Assembly (NCBI GenBank): GCA_965228855.1
Contig: CBDDIJ010000003.1
Location: 160,001 to 224,000, forward strand
Source of the DNA: Candidatus Obscuribacterales bacterium
Lineage (GTDB): Bacteria; Cyanobacteriota; Vampirovibrionia; Obscuribacterales; Obscuribacteraceae
Reading direction: 5' to 3'
DNA length: 64,000 nucleotides
Position 1 is the first letter of the stretch, and every line of letters begins with the position of its first letter. The position numbers and the translations under genes were made by a program. Shown in pieces: positions 47,595-57,460 of the stretch. The notes under the pieces were generated by a model that was given only the letters and a program-made list of their open reading frames with translations, searched no databases and had not been told where the DNA came from.

Positions 47595-48971
47595 CTAATG
47601 CGGTAGCCCGAAGAAAAAATATACGAGACACATTGCGGCTAGAACATACGATCCGGAATTTAGCTCTCTCCAGCGCCCCGACGCAATCTTCATCAGAACG
47701 AAAAGAACCAGTCCGGCTGTCAAACCGTTGGCGGTGTTGTAAGTAAAAATCATGAGCGCTATGGTCGAAATTGCAGGGACAGCCTCGGTCAGATCGTCCA
47801 TATCAATCTTCTTGAGTGAGTGCAACATCAAGATACCGACTGCCATCAAGGCTGGTGCGTATGCGTAACTCAATTTTTGAAAAGGCGTTACAAGCGGCAG
47901 GAAAAAGAGGGAAGCGAAAAACAGAAGCGCTGTTATAACAGTCGCAAAGCCGGTTCTCGCGCCTTCTCGAATGCCTGCCGCCGACTCGATGAATGCGCCG
48001 CTCGTTGAGGTTCCAATCAGTGAGCTGGAGACGCATGAGATCGCGTCAACGACCATTGGTTTCTCTATATCTTCGAAATTTCCCTTCTCATCGAGCATAT
48101 CACCGGCTGCGCCAACACCAATAAGAGTCGCCAGAGTGTCAAGGAAGCTCATCAAAAACAAGGTAACAAGTATTGGAAGAAAGCTTACTTGCAGCGCGCT
48201 AACAACATCCAGTTTTAAGAAAATCGGCTCAAGCGTATATTCACCGGTGAATGGCATGGCGAACACGCCGGTCGGCGCCTCGCCGTAACCCATTGCCACC
48301 CCTACAACTGACGTAAGCACGATACCTATCAGCACTGCTCCTTTAACTTTGCGATCGAGCAACGCGCATGTAACAATGAAACCGAATATCGCTAGTAGCA
48401 CTTTAGGGTCATGCCAGTCACCGATTTTTAGTGGCACAGGTGGTGCCCCGAGTAAGCTGCTGCCGTGAACTTGTAACGCGTCAACCGGCATTCCCTTAGC
48501 TGCGCTCGTGACGATACCTACCTGGTATAGACCGATGAATGTGAGAAACAAGCCGATGCCGGCAGCGAAGCTGTATTTCAAACTGGGCGATATTGAATTT
48601 GCTAGCCAGGGTCTCAGTCTGAATACAGAAAGAGCCAGAAACGCCAGACCGCTTATAAACACCGCGCCAAGTCGCTGTTGCCAGCCAATCCCCATAGCGG
48701 CTAATCCAAAAGCGATGAATGCGTTCTCTCCCATATACGGCGCGACCGCGATGGGTCTGTTCGCGTAAATGCCCATAAGCAAACAACCGAGCACCGCCGC
48801 TAGTATCGTGGCAACAGTCGTTGGTCCTTCAGGAAATCCTGCGAACGCGAGAATCGCGGGATTAACAACAATGATATACGCCATGGTTAGAAATGTCGTT
48901 AAGCCGCCTAGCAACTCTGTTTTGACGGTCGAGCCGCGTTCCGTGATTTTGAAAAACTTATCAATGCCCAC
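47595..48971 (-). CDS. NCS2/AzgA-family purine permease
   Basis: GLTTFLTMAYIIVVNPAIL, APYMGENAF, FIESAAG..EGARTG. Confidence 0.93.
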   Translation of the reverse strand: MGIDKFFKITERGSTVKTELLGGLTTFLTMAYIIVVNPAILAFAGFPEGPTTVATILAAVLGCLLMGIYANRPIAVAPYMGENAFIAFGLAAMGIGWQQRLGAVFISGLAFLALSVFRLRPWLANSISPSLKYSFAAGIGLFLTFIGLYQVGIVTSAAKGMPVDALQVHGSSLLGAPPVPLKIGDWHDPKVLLAIFGFIVTCALLDRKVKGAVLIGIVLTSVVGVAMGYGEAPTGVFAMPFTGEYTLEPIFLKLDVVSALQVSFLPILVTLFLMSFLDTLATLIGVGAAGDMLDEKGNFEDIEKPMVVDAISCVSSSLIGTSTSGAFIESAAGIREGARTGFATVITALLFFASLFFLPLVTPFQKLSYAYAPALMAVGILMLHSLKKIDMDDLTEAVPAISTIALMIFTYNTANGLTAGLVLFVLMKIASGRWRELNSGSYVLAAMCLVYFFFGLPH

Positions 48972-49047
48972 TACGAATTTCCTGTCCTGGCTATGTGGTG
49001 GTACTTATACAACTGTTTGACTATTTTCGATGCGCTTTAGCGGTTCG

Positions 49048-49056
49048 ATTATAGCA
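49048..49056 (-). promoter_or_regulatory. extended -10 promoter of the NCS2 permease
   Basis: TGcTATAAT perfect consensus immediately after the upstream terminator. Confidence 0.7.
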
Positions 49057-49094
49057 AAGAAAAACCGGCAGCGACGGTCTCTTCGCTGCCGGTT
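49056..49094 (-). terminator. intrinsic terminator
   Basis: AACCGGCAGCGA-N8-TCGCTGCCGGTT 12-bp stem, T-rich tail on the minus strand, 19 bp after the stop at 49114. Confidence 0.88.
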
Positions 49095-49113
49095 CTTCTG
49101 TGGTTTGTTCTGT

Positions 49114-52100
49114 CTATGAAAACAGATTTGCATCTCTCGCGGATGCAACGAACCAATTCACCAGACCTGGTATCATGCATCCGCCGATTACGACGAACGC
49201 TCCTATTGCAAGACGCATTCCGGGAGTGAATCTTGCACGCATTCCTAGGAAGTGTTTTACAGTCTTTCGGATTACGAGACCGTGCAAGATAATTACTGAA
49301 CCGAACATCATCGCAGCCAGCTCTATTAGATTGCTAATCATGTTGAGCAATGCTTCGAGGTTCGCCAGGTTATTCACCCTAACAGTTCCCGCGGTGTTCA
49401 CGCCCATGATCATGGTGGCATCCTTTCCTTGAGCGCCAATGGTTCCATTGGTAGCGCCTTGCAAAGTTGGCGCGGAGCCATCCGAGCTGAACGCGTCTAC
49501 TGCTGATGATACCTCTTCACTTTGACCTTCTCCGCCGCTGGCGTCACACGCCGGTACGGATTGTTCGGCGGAGCCGATAACGGCTACACAGCTAACCGGT
49601 GAGACAAATTGGTAGGCAACCGCAATGCGAGCTGCTTTGCTAGCCTGCTTCTCACGAATGGCTTTCTCTACCATGCTGCGTGCGTTGAGTTGCAACACTT
49701 CATTCTTGTCGCGACCCTCGAGAAGTTTGCATTCTTTTGCTGGTTTGTCGGTGAGTGAATAGTTGACTACAAATTCTCTGCGACCTGCCTGCCACTTCAG
49801 GAAGAAATCGTTGAGATCTTCAGTCAGATTTTCCGTGCGTGGAATCGGTGAGAATGGACCGACCTCTGCATGATTCTTGAAGTACTCGATGGTATCGGTG
49901 CATCCCGTATCAAGCGCTAGTTCGAAGAATGAGGGATGTGCTCTGAATGGGGACATGATATAGATGTCTTTATTCAGACCGGGCTGTGGTCCGTGAATCC
50001 AGAGAACAGCACCGCCCTCTGTCTCACCTGCCATCTCCGCGGCACCGACGACAGCTTTGAGGTTGTCTTGTCCTCCGGCGAATGTTGCGTTTTCAAGTTC
50101 CTTCAGCGCTACTTTCAATGGCGTCGGCTTGCTGAGGATGTCTGTTTCTCGCGATGCGAGCCTCACCCATACCGGCACTGAATCCGGTACCGCTTCCAGT
50201 GCTCCCTTGATCTCTTTGATGTGATCTTTGATTGAGCCTGAGCCGTCGATGACTACGAGAAGGCGTTTGGGCGCTTTAGTCACTACTTCTGTTATTGTTC
50301 GCACTGCGAATCTTGGAAGTGGTGGCAGTTTCTTCGCGGCTTTTTTAGCTTTCTTTTCACGATTAAATATCGTTTTTACGTCCTCCAGTTGCTGTTGAAC
50401 TCCACGAGCTCCGTCTATCATCAGCACTACCTGATGCTCGTTTTCTCTTTTCTTTGCTTCTTCCTCCAGGCGTTTCCGCTCCTCTTCTGCTTTCCAACGT
50501 TTGATTTCCTGTTCGGTGGCACGCTTATCCAGGGTTGCAACTGGTGTCATACTCGGTGCGCGTCTGGCTGTCACTACCAGCGGTGTATGTTCCAGTTGCG
50601 AGCGTTCCAATGTTCCACTCAAAACAGAGCGACCCTGCAGTCCCTTGGAGAATGAGATATTCTTTTGTCTGCTGCTCAACCCTTCAGGAGATTCGAGTGT
50701 TAGCGAATGTTCTCCGTCCAGATTGAAGTTGCTTGCGATAAAACGCGGGAAGGTCAAGCTTGTAGATTCCAAAGTCTCCAACTTAAGTGGAACGACAATA
50801 CTCATGTTGACCTTCAACTGCTCATCATGCGGAATCGGGTAGCAGTGAAACAGATAACGTCCTCTTCCAAGGTCAGTTACGATTGCCGGATTGTCATGCC
50901 CGACATTGACCCAGTTGATTTGCTCTGCTCCCTCTGCTTTGCCGGCAGCTGCAAATGCGGCATCAAGAGGATCTCCGTTTTTCCAAACAGTCAATCCATT
51001 TATCACCGCTCCTGGTGGCAGGGCGATTTCGGCCCTGGCTTCCTGCGGTGATTCCGTGTCGTTGCGGAAAACGTATGTCCAGTTAATAGTTGAGGTGAGG
51101 GCATCGGGGCTGATCAAGCCGTTGAACGCGGAGCGAGCCAGCGCCAAACCTTTCACTTGCGAGCCCACGACGTGACGTTGAAGATAGTCATCAGACATGG
51201 AGCTGAAGTCCGCGCTGTTTTCGTCTCCGAGCGGTTTGCCGCATACAGTGAAGTATAGTTTTGACATCTCGCTGTGTTTAACCGGAATAAATAAACCGGC
51301 AATGCCTGCTGCTCTGGCGTCGGATGTTTCCATTCGCAGTTCACGCTCCGTATCCATTGAGCGCAGTGTTGCAAGTCCCTTTATTCTCTCGGATTCCTCA
51401 GACGACATCGCTTGTTGCTCCGCCAGGCGAACGCACCATGAGCGGACTTCGGCGCCTGCAAATGCTGCCAGTCCGAATATGAATCCGACTACTGTGTACG
51501 CGATTATCCGGGTCTTGCTGCTTGAAAATTCTCGGTTTAAACGACTGCGGTTCATAAGATATAAACCGATCGCGGCCGTCACCAGACCCTGCATTCCGAT
51601 GAAGAAGAAGCCCGTAGAAAAGTCCGTGCCGATTGACGATTGCAATTCCTGATATCCAGCGGGAATCGCCGCGAATGAAAGTGCTGCAACGATGAATGAT
51701 GTAGCGATTGCTGCTCCAACGAGAAGTCCTCGAAACATCGAGAAACGCAGTTCGTTTTTGCATATCGACGTCCACAGCCTGTAATTTGCGAGTGGTATGG
51801 CGAAAAGTAGCAAGAGCTCGATGATTGTCTCTACAGGGTGGTTTAGTAAAACGAGCGTTATTCTTTTCGGGCATGATGCCATGCTCAATGCAGTAAGAAT
51901 CAACGGGGTTGCAACCCCAAATGCCATTACCGCGATGCCGTCTACTCCGCTCCATACTTTCTTCGCCGGTGGCGGAGGTGGTACCAGGTCGTCCTCCCAG
52001 TCCATGTTTTCCTTGTCACCAGCTGCGGTATCGGCGTCATCCGCTCCCGAGTTTCTGTTTCGACCGGTCTTACCTCTGCCTTTGACGTGACCGCCGTTCT

Positions 52101-52530
52101 CGTGCTTATCATGGTCCTCGTCGTCCTCGTCGTCCGGAGTAAAGTCAGTATCGGAATCCTCATCGTGCTTGGAATTCGAGCCCTGACCTCTGCTTGTCTC
52201 TTTGCCTGAGTGAGGCGACGCAAACGGTTTAAAATTTTCGAAAAGCTGTTTCACTAAGGTAAACGGACCGGACCCGGAATCTCGGTCGTCATCGTCTTTG
52301 TCGTTGTTACTGCTCGGGGTTGTGCAGGAACTGTGGGCTGCGCCTTGCCCGGCAGTGCATTCGGAATTGTGATGGTAAACATGAATGTAGCTGGTGGAGG
52401 TATTGCAACATCCTGTGGCATGCTGCTGATGAGTGGCGATCTCTTTGTGAATCGATGCCAGGTTGTCTCCGCCCGCGGTGGCGTTTCCGTTATCGCCTCC
52501 CGGAGGCTGTGGTGTATCGCTGGTAGACAT
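49114..52530 (-). CDS. multi-TM VIT-domain/vWA-like protein with C-terminal two-TM tail
   Basis: WTYVFRN...QEARAEIALPPGAVINGL VIT motif; LVVIDGSGS MIDAS-like; about 5 N-terminal TMs; GAGGAAGG SD. Confidence 0.82.
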   Translation of the reverse strand: MSTSDTPQPPGGDNGNATAGGDNLASIHKEIATHQQHATGCCNTSTSYIHVYHHNSECTAGQGAAHSSCTTPSSNNDKDDDDRDSGSGPFTLVKQLFENFKPFASPHSGKETSRGQGSNSKHDEDSDTDFTPDDEDDEDHDKHENGGHVKGRGKTGRNRNSGADDADTAAGDKENMDWEDDLVPPPPPAKKVWSGVDGIAVMAFGVATPLILTALSMASCPKRITLVLLNHPVETIIELLLLFAIPLANYRLWTSICKNELRFSMFRGLLVGAAIATSFIVAALSFAAIPAGYQELQSSIGTDFSTGFFFIGMQGLVTAAIGLYLMNRSRLNREFSSSKTRIIAYTVVGFIFGLAAFAGAEVRSWCVRLAEQQAMSSEESERIKGLATLRSMDTERELRMETSDARAAGIAGLFIPVKHSEMSKLYFTVCGKPLGDENSADFSSMSDDYLQRHVVGSQVKGLALARSAFNGLISPDALTSTINWTYVFRNDTESPQEARAEIALPPGAVINGLTVWKNGDPLDAAFAAAGKAEGAEQINWVNVGHDNPAIVTDLGRGRYLFHCYPIPHDEQLKVNMSIVVPLKLETLESTSLTFPRFIASNFNLDGEHSLTLESPEGLSSRQKNISFSKGLQGRSVLSGTLERSQLEHTPLVVTARRAPSMTPVATLDKRATEQEIKRWKAEEERKRLEEEAKKRENEHQVVLMIDGARGVQQQLEDVKTIFNREKKAKKAAKKLPPLPRFAVRTITEVVTKAPKRLLVVIDGSGSIKDHIKEIKGALEAVPDSVPVWVRLASRETDILSKPTPLKVALKELENATFAGGQDNLKAVVGAAEMAGETEGGAVLWIHGPQPGLNKDIYIMSPFRAHPSFFELALDTGCTDTIEYFKNHAEVGPFSPIPRTENLTEDLNDFFLKWQAGRREFVVNYSLTDKPAKECKLLEGRDKNEVLQLNARSMVEKAIREKQASKAARIAVAYQFVSPVSCVAVIGSAEQSVPACDASGGEGQSEEVSSAVDAFSSDGSAPTLQGATNGTIGAQGKDATMIMGVNTAGTVRVNNLANLEALLNMISNLIELAAMMFGSVIILHGLVIRKTVKHFLGMRARFTPGMRLAIGAFVVIGGCMIPGLVNWFVASARDANLFS

Positions 52531-52723
52531 GGCGTGTCCCTTCCTCTAAAAGAATGCAAAACGATTGCCCGCTCGGATGAACGAGCGAAGCGCGGTCATG
52601 CGAAGGTGGTGCCTCCGCGTGTCAAGAATTGTGTTTGGTAAATTGCTAATTCCGAGTAGAAGTCTCGGCTAGCCTATTGTAGGAAAGCGCTCGCGAAAAT
52701 TCGCTAGGGTTTCCCCCGAAAGT

Positions 52724-52805
52724 GAGCTTACGGTGAGGACGGAGCTATCGGTGAGAAACTGAGCTGTCGGTGAGACCCGCGCTAACGGTGAGGACTGAGC
52801 TATCG
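52724..52805. repeat. 18-19 bp intergenic tandem repeat, about 4.5 copies
   Basis: G(A/C)GCTnnCGGTGAGnnnn units starting 52724, 52742, 52761, 52779, 52797. Confidence 0.85.
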
Positions 52806-52817
52806 CCCAGGATGTTA

Positions 52818-54182
52818 CTACCGCTGAAAGCCGATCTGGTCTGGTCTTCGCTGGAAGTCTTTCCAGGACGCGATAACGTTTTTCGGAGCCTTGTAATTGG
52901 TGTCATAGACCACGATCACATTCGTCAGGGCGCGACTTGCGGGAACGATAATTTGATTGTTATGCGCGATCGAGCGCGATGCTCCTCCGTCGAGATTCAT
53001 CGCTTCACTGCATCCCATCGCTTTCATAATCTCAGCTTCCTTTTGAAGAGAGAGTCCTCGTAAGAAAGTGACGATATAAACTTTATCTTTGCTCGCTGGA
53101 TATCCCATCGCGCATCTTGCGCCGACTCCAAGAACATGCGGATCCGCAAACCCTTCGTCCGTCGCTCTCAACTCGACTTCGCCATTCCTCAACAGTCGCG
53201 GACCGCACGTGATCGAAAACCAATGTTGACTCCAATCAGGCTGGCGTCCCTCTGTGCGAGCCGTAACCATCTCCGGTTCGTTGTTTCGTTTTAAACCGAA
53301 TGTAGTTCCATAATTTTCCCACGGACTGTACTTGAGGTAACGACCTCTTGCCACCATGTTTCCCATCACTCGCTTTTGATTGTCCTTACTGAAGAAGGTT
53401 CCGTTCTGGACAACCGCTCCACGACTACGTTTGACAAAAGAAGAGAACGACTCGTCTCCGTGTGTACTCGCCGCGCTATTGGCTTCAGCTGCGTTGTTTG
53501 CAATTTCAATCGACAAAAATGTTTCCGGATCCTTTAAATCCACCGTCGCTTGATAAAATGGCACTCCCTTCAGCGTGGCTTTGACAAACTTTAGAGGTTT
53601 GCCTTTGCGAGGCGGTAACTCTGCCGGGACGAACACAGGTGGTTCGAGCCGCGGGTTTGTCGGCGGAAGTGCGCTTATAAGAAGCGGTGAATTTGGGGAT
53701 TTGTCAGTCAAGTCCGGCTCTGCGACTGGTGACGAGAGGGCGGTCTCGTGGGGAAGTGTTGGAACCGCGTTGTTCTCCTCGTTTTCGGTCGGCTTCTCTA
53801 TGCTATCTTCGTCGGGCGTTTTATTGTCTTGCGCGCTTACTGTGGTTCCCGTCGGAGTGGCTGAATCTCTTTCCCCCTTTTGCGCTTCTTCGTTGCCTTC
53901 GCCGATGTTGAATTCGATCTCCGGGTGCGTGTCTGCTGGCCCGCTAATCATCGCAATTTTCTCTTGCGGCTGACCGTGTTGTGCAAGCCAGTTTCTCGTC
54001 GCAATCTCTCTAATGCGTGCGAGTTCATTGAAGTCTATTTTGACCCGATGTTCTTTGAGCATGGGAAAAACAGTCACTCGTCTATCGGGAAACGCTAGAC
54101 AAAAACCGACGGCAATCAGCGCCAACATCAACATTGGACACACTATGCAGAGTTTGATCGTTTCGAGACGGTCCGTGTTCAT
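52818..54182 (-). CDS. phosphodiester glycosidase (NAGPA-like) family membrane-anchored protein
   Basis: NGTFF, GPRLL, ARCAMG, AMNLDGGAS; start moved to MNTDRL before the TM. Confidence 0.88.
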   Translation of the reverse strand: MNTDRLETIKLCIVCPMLMLALIAVGFCLAFPDRRVTVFPMLKEHRVKIDFNELARIREIATRNWLAQHGQPQEKIAMISGPADTHPEIEFNIGEGNEEAQKGERDSATPTGTTVSAQDNKTPDEDSIEKPTENEENNAVPTLPHETALSSPVAEPDLTDKSPNSPLLISALPPTNPRLEPPVFVPAELPPRKGKPLKFVKATLKGVPFYQATVDLKDPETFLSIEIANNAAEANSAASTHGDESFSSFVKRSRGAVVQNGTFFSKDNQKRVMGNMVARGRYLKYSPWENYGTTFGLKRNNEPEMVTARTEGRQPDWSQHWFSITCGPRLLRNGEVELRATDEGFADPHVLGVGARCAMGYPASKDKVYIVTFLRGLSLQKEAEIMKAMGCSEAMNLDGGASRSIAHNNQIIVPASRALTNVIVVYDTNYKAPKNVIASWKDFQRRPDQIGFQR

Positions 54183-54531
54183 TCCGTTATTGTGCCCAAG
54201 ATAGGTTATTTCGGCACTGGCGAAAACCCTGAAATAGCCAATCTCAATCAATTCATAATCATCCTGGGCTGCATGAATGAAAAACGGCCCGGTTGAGGCG
54301 AAGCTGGCCGGATTTTCATTCATCGGCGGAGCTCGCTATTGCAGGGCCGGATATTCATCGGCGGAACTCGATTCGTTCTTGAGTCAGTGGTGGCGGTTGC
54401 GTGCGGCGTTTGGAATGCTTTCGCGAAGTCCGATTGTGTAGGGAAGTTGAATATCCGGGTTGATCCGGTTGAAACTTGCTACGCTAGGGGTACGATAGTA
54501 TTCGTACGTTTTTGTAGGACGCTCCAAACAG

Positions 54532-55230
54532 ATGACTGACAAACCGAAACGCCTTAACATCCTGGGTGCGCTTGGTGATTTCACTATTCTTGTCCTTTTG
54601 ATCGCGGGGGCTGGATTTGGTGGCTATTACATTGGCTTAAACCAACGACTCGCGCCCGTTCAATATGTTTGGCCTGGGACACCAGGGGCGGTGCCTATAG
54701 ATCAAATTCTCGGACCTCAAGCTGCGACAGCGACGGTTGGAGGAGGCGATACCAATGCTTCGGCGGCATCACCAGGTGCTGCACCAGCCTCCGCACCGAC
54801 CGCCACTCCTGCTGCGAGTAAACCTGCGACGGCAGCGGCGACTCCTTCTTCCGCACAAACTGCGAAACGTAAAACAAAGTTTTGGCTCTGCTCTACCGGT
54901 GCCGACGATTATGTCGGCTATTCTATAACTGCCAAAATCAATGGAGTCGCTGTGGACAACTTCTTCTCCGCAGGCAAGACGATTGATATCTCCAAGCATG
55001 TCAAAAAGGGCTCGAACAAGCTCGAACTCGAATGTAAGAATCTCGGTGACGATTACAACAATCACAAAGATGACCAGAACGCTAGCAAAGCAGTTTTAAC
55101 CGTTCAATTAGTATCGGGTCCTTCCGTGCGTGACGACTATCCGCAATCGGCAGTTTTGTTTACTGTTAAGCGAAACGCTTCTGAAACGCAAGATTTCAAC
55201 GAAGAAAAGACTTTCGAATCTAAGGAGTAG
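54532..55230 (+). CDS. membrane-anchored hypothetical protein
   Basis: N-terminal TM, Ala/Pro/Thr linker, beta-rich C-terminal domain; AGGA SD. Confidence 0.8.
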   Translation: MTDKPKRLNILGALGDFTILVLLIAGAGFGGYYIGLNQRLAPVQYVWPGTPGAVPIDQILGPQAATATVGGGDTNASAASPGAAPASAPTATPAASKPATAAATPSSAQTAKRKTKFWLCSTGADDYVGYSITAKINGVAVDNFFSAGKTIDISKHVKKGSNKLELECKNLGDDYNNHKDDQNASKAVLTVQLVSGPSVRDDYPQSAVLFTVKRNASETQDFNEEKTFESKE

Positions 55231-55233
55231 AAG

Positions 55234-55764
55234 GTGAAGGCAAAGTTTTTCTTCATTACAATTTTCGCTGCGGTCGATGCGTATTTTGCCGGATTTGCAC
55301 TTGGATTCAACAGCCGACATGCTTTAATTGGCGATCCGAAGATTCCAGCGCCGATAGTCGACGTCAAAAAGTCTGAAGCCGCAACTCCGGTTCCGGGGGC
55401 TTCCAGTACGGCTGCGGCGAATTCGCAACAGCCGAAAGTCGGAGGAGCAAAGTCTGCTCCCGGAGTGTCTGGTGCGAAACCGGGTAATTCGAAATCTCAT
55501 GGTGGCAAGAATGGTGGAGCTAAGTCAGCTGGCCCGGCTGGTTCCAAATCTGGTAGTAAATCTGGTGCTGCCAGCACGGCTGGTTCCAAATCCGGTAGTA
55601 AGTCTGGTGCCGCCAACCCTGCTGGTTCTAAATCCGGTACTAAGTCTGGTGGCACGAAACCTGCTGGTTCCAAATCTGGTGTTAAATCTGGTGGCACGAA
55701 GCCTGTTGGTGGTAAAGACAACAGCGCGAAAACAAGTGCTAATTCTGCTGGTGGGCACAAATAA
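55234..55764 (+). CDS. membrane-anchored Gly/Ser/Lys-rich low-complexity protein
   Basis: AAGGAG upstream of GTG; N-terminal hydrophobic segment; in-frame 14-aa repeats. Confidence 0.72.
   Translation: MKAKFFFITIFAAVDAYFAGFALGFNSRHALIGDPKIPAPIVDVKKSEAATPVPGASSTAAANSQQPKVGGAKSAPGVSGAKPGNSKSHGGKNGGAKSAGPAGSKSGSKSGAASTAGSKSGSKSGAANPAGSKSGTKSGGTKPAGSKSGVKSGGTKPVGGKDNSAKTSANSAGGHK
55537..55704 (+). repeat. 42-bp coding tandem repeat x4
   Basis: AGSKSGxKSGxxxx units at 55537, 55579, 55621, 55663. Confidence 0.9.
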
Positions 55765-55834
55765 TCGACACTGCTCAGTGCCGACACTGGCAAAAGCCTG
55801 GTAATTTATCGAGACAGCACCGGAAATTCTGCGT

Positions 55835-56140
55835 TTAGGCTTTGACCGCTGCAAAGATTGGTGCAACTTTGCACTCGGTAACTTCGATCTTCTGCCACAC
55901 TTTTCCTACAACGTAGGGTTCGTGCGCAAACCATTCATCGACGTGCTTGCGATCCGCGAACTCGCAAACCATCATAGAACCGCTCATTGCTCCAGAATCA
56001 TCAAGAATCGCCGCGGCGTAAAGCAATTTGCCTTCGCCTTTCATTTTCTCTGCTAATGCCAGGTGCTCGGGTCTAGCAGCGGCCCGGCGCTCTGGCGCTT
56101 GCTCGTCCTTGCCATCGTAACCCAAAACTAGAAATTGCAT
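55835..56140 (-). CDS. YciI family protein
   Basis: RAAARPEHL, GSMMV.EF, EPY; GGAG SD. Confidence 0.88.
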   Translation of the reverse strand: MQFLVLGYDGKDEQAPERRAAARPEHLALAEKMKGEGKLLYAAAILDDSGAMSGSMMVCEFADRKHVDEWFAHEPYVVGKVWQKIEVTECKVAPIFAAVKA

Positions 56141-56270
56141 ATGTCATCTCCATGACTGTGTTGTCGCGAGTGTTCCACCACGTTCAGGGCTACGTAATTC
56201 AACGTTCATGCCTGAATTGATCGGCGGCCGTCTCGTGCGTTGAAACCGCATATTATCCCACTTGACCAGT

Positions 56271-57413
56271 TTAGTTCAAGATCCAGAGATAAGTTGGGGC
56301 AACCCCTTGCTTTGATGGTTTTGAAAATCGAACCTTGGTTTTTGTTTCGACAGCTTTTTGCAAAAAATTGATTGATTTCTCAGAGTTCAGCGCCATCAGT
56401 TCCAGGGAATCCTGTGTCTCTTTTATCAGGAACGGTTGCAGATACTTCCAATTGGGCTGATCGTAAATATCGTTGTTAATCTGCAGCCGCTTGATTTGCT
56501 TCTCTTCCAGCTGCACATCTTTGATTAATCCCACCATGCACTTGCCTTCGTCGGCCCGAGTGAAGGACAGATCTTCGTATTCTCTTAGCGCTGGCACCGG
56601 TGGCGGTATCACCTTTACATTGCCCTTATTAGTATACCGAACCATCATCGGGACTGAATTATTTCTGTACTTCGATATTCTTTCCCACCGGCAATTATTC
56701 GCCCGGTAAATTGGAATGCGCCAATAGCTGTGAGAGCGTCCCCTAATCACAGCATTATCCAGTTGCTGACAGATGAGCACGGCGCGTTTGTCGGTTCCGA
56801 ACGAGACAAGGTCGTCGATCACTGTCGTTTTGGATTTCTCTCCCCAGTTCGGATCGGGACACGAAAAATATCCCGATGTTTCCGTGGGAAATGGTCTCCC
56901 CGACTTATCGAACATGATGGTGGTCAGTACCGCATTCGGTGCAATGCCGCAACCACCAGTGGCTTGCAAAATTACGATGTCCAGTTCACCGTTTTGGTCC
57001 AGATCGGTTGTGAAGAATGCACTACCTAACCCATAATATGTTTTCGCAAGCGTCCACTTCTTGCCACTCGCGTCTTTGCCGGTGAATACAAGATCATCGC
57101 TGTTATAAGGCAACGTCATTTCCGCGTTGGCTAGTTTGACGACTTTGCCATCCTTCAAGCCTGCGTCACTGACTGTCTTTAGCGATACCTTTTGCTTCTT
57201 ATCCTGGGTTGAAACAGGGATGTATTCTTCAATGTAAGCCTCCGCTTGCTGAGTCGATTGGAGCGAGCAAAGAACAGTCAGAGTTAGACCGACTGAAAGC
57301 AAAGCCATTTTAGAGCAAGCTAGTTCATCGCGAGAAGTTTCGATACAAGACGTTTCGATGCGAGGCATTTCACTGCGAGCCGTTTCAAATCTATTTTTAG
57401 AATGGTATTCCAT
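56271..57413 (-). CDS. exported hypothetical protein with a DxDxNG Ca-binding-like loop
   Basis: signal-like segment ending AEA; DLDQNGELDI; the true start may be downstream. Confidence 0.75.
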   Translation of the reverse strand: MEYHSKNRFETARSEMPRIETSCIETSRDELACSKMALLSVGLTLTVLCSLQSTQQAEAYIEEYIPVSTQDKKQKVSLKTVSDAGLKDGKVVKLANAEMTLPYNSDDLVFTGKDASGKKWTLAKTYYGLGSAFFTTDLDQNGELDIVILQATGGCGIAPNAVLTTIMFDKSGRPFPTETSGYFSCPDPNWGEKSKTTVIDDLVSFGTDKRAVLICQQLDNAVIRGRSHSYWRIPIYRANNCRWERISKYRNNSVPMMVRYTNKGNVKVIPPPVPALREYEDLSFTRADEGKCMVGLIKDVQLEEKQIKRLQINNDIYDQPNWKYLQPFLIKETQDSLELMALNSEKSINFLQKAVETKTKVRFSKPSKQGVAPTYLWILN

Positions 57414-57460
57414 TCCTATTTGACATGCAATGTGTCGGTTTTAGGGAGATGGCGAACGTT

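Noticed and set aside
48972..49045. purine riboswitch ahead of the NCS2 permease
   Set aside because: Leader is only about 70 nt and lacks the conserved aptamer core (e.g. UUUCUACC) and an expression platform
52724..52805. mini CRISPR array
   Set aside because: Units are contiguous with no unique spacers, and no cas genes are in the window
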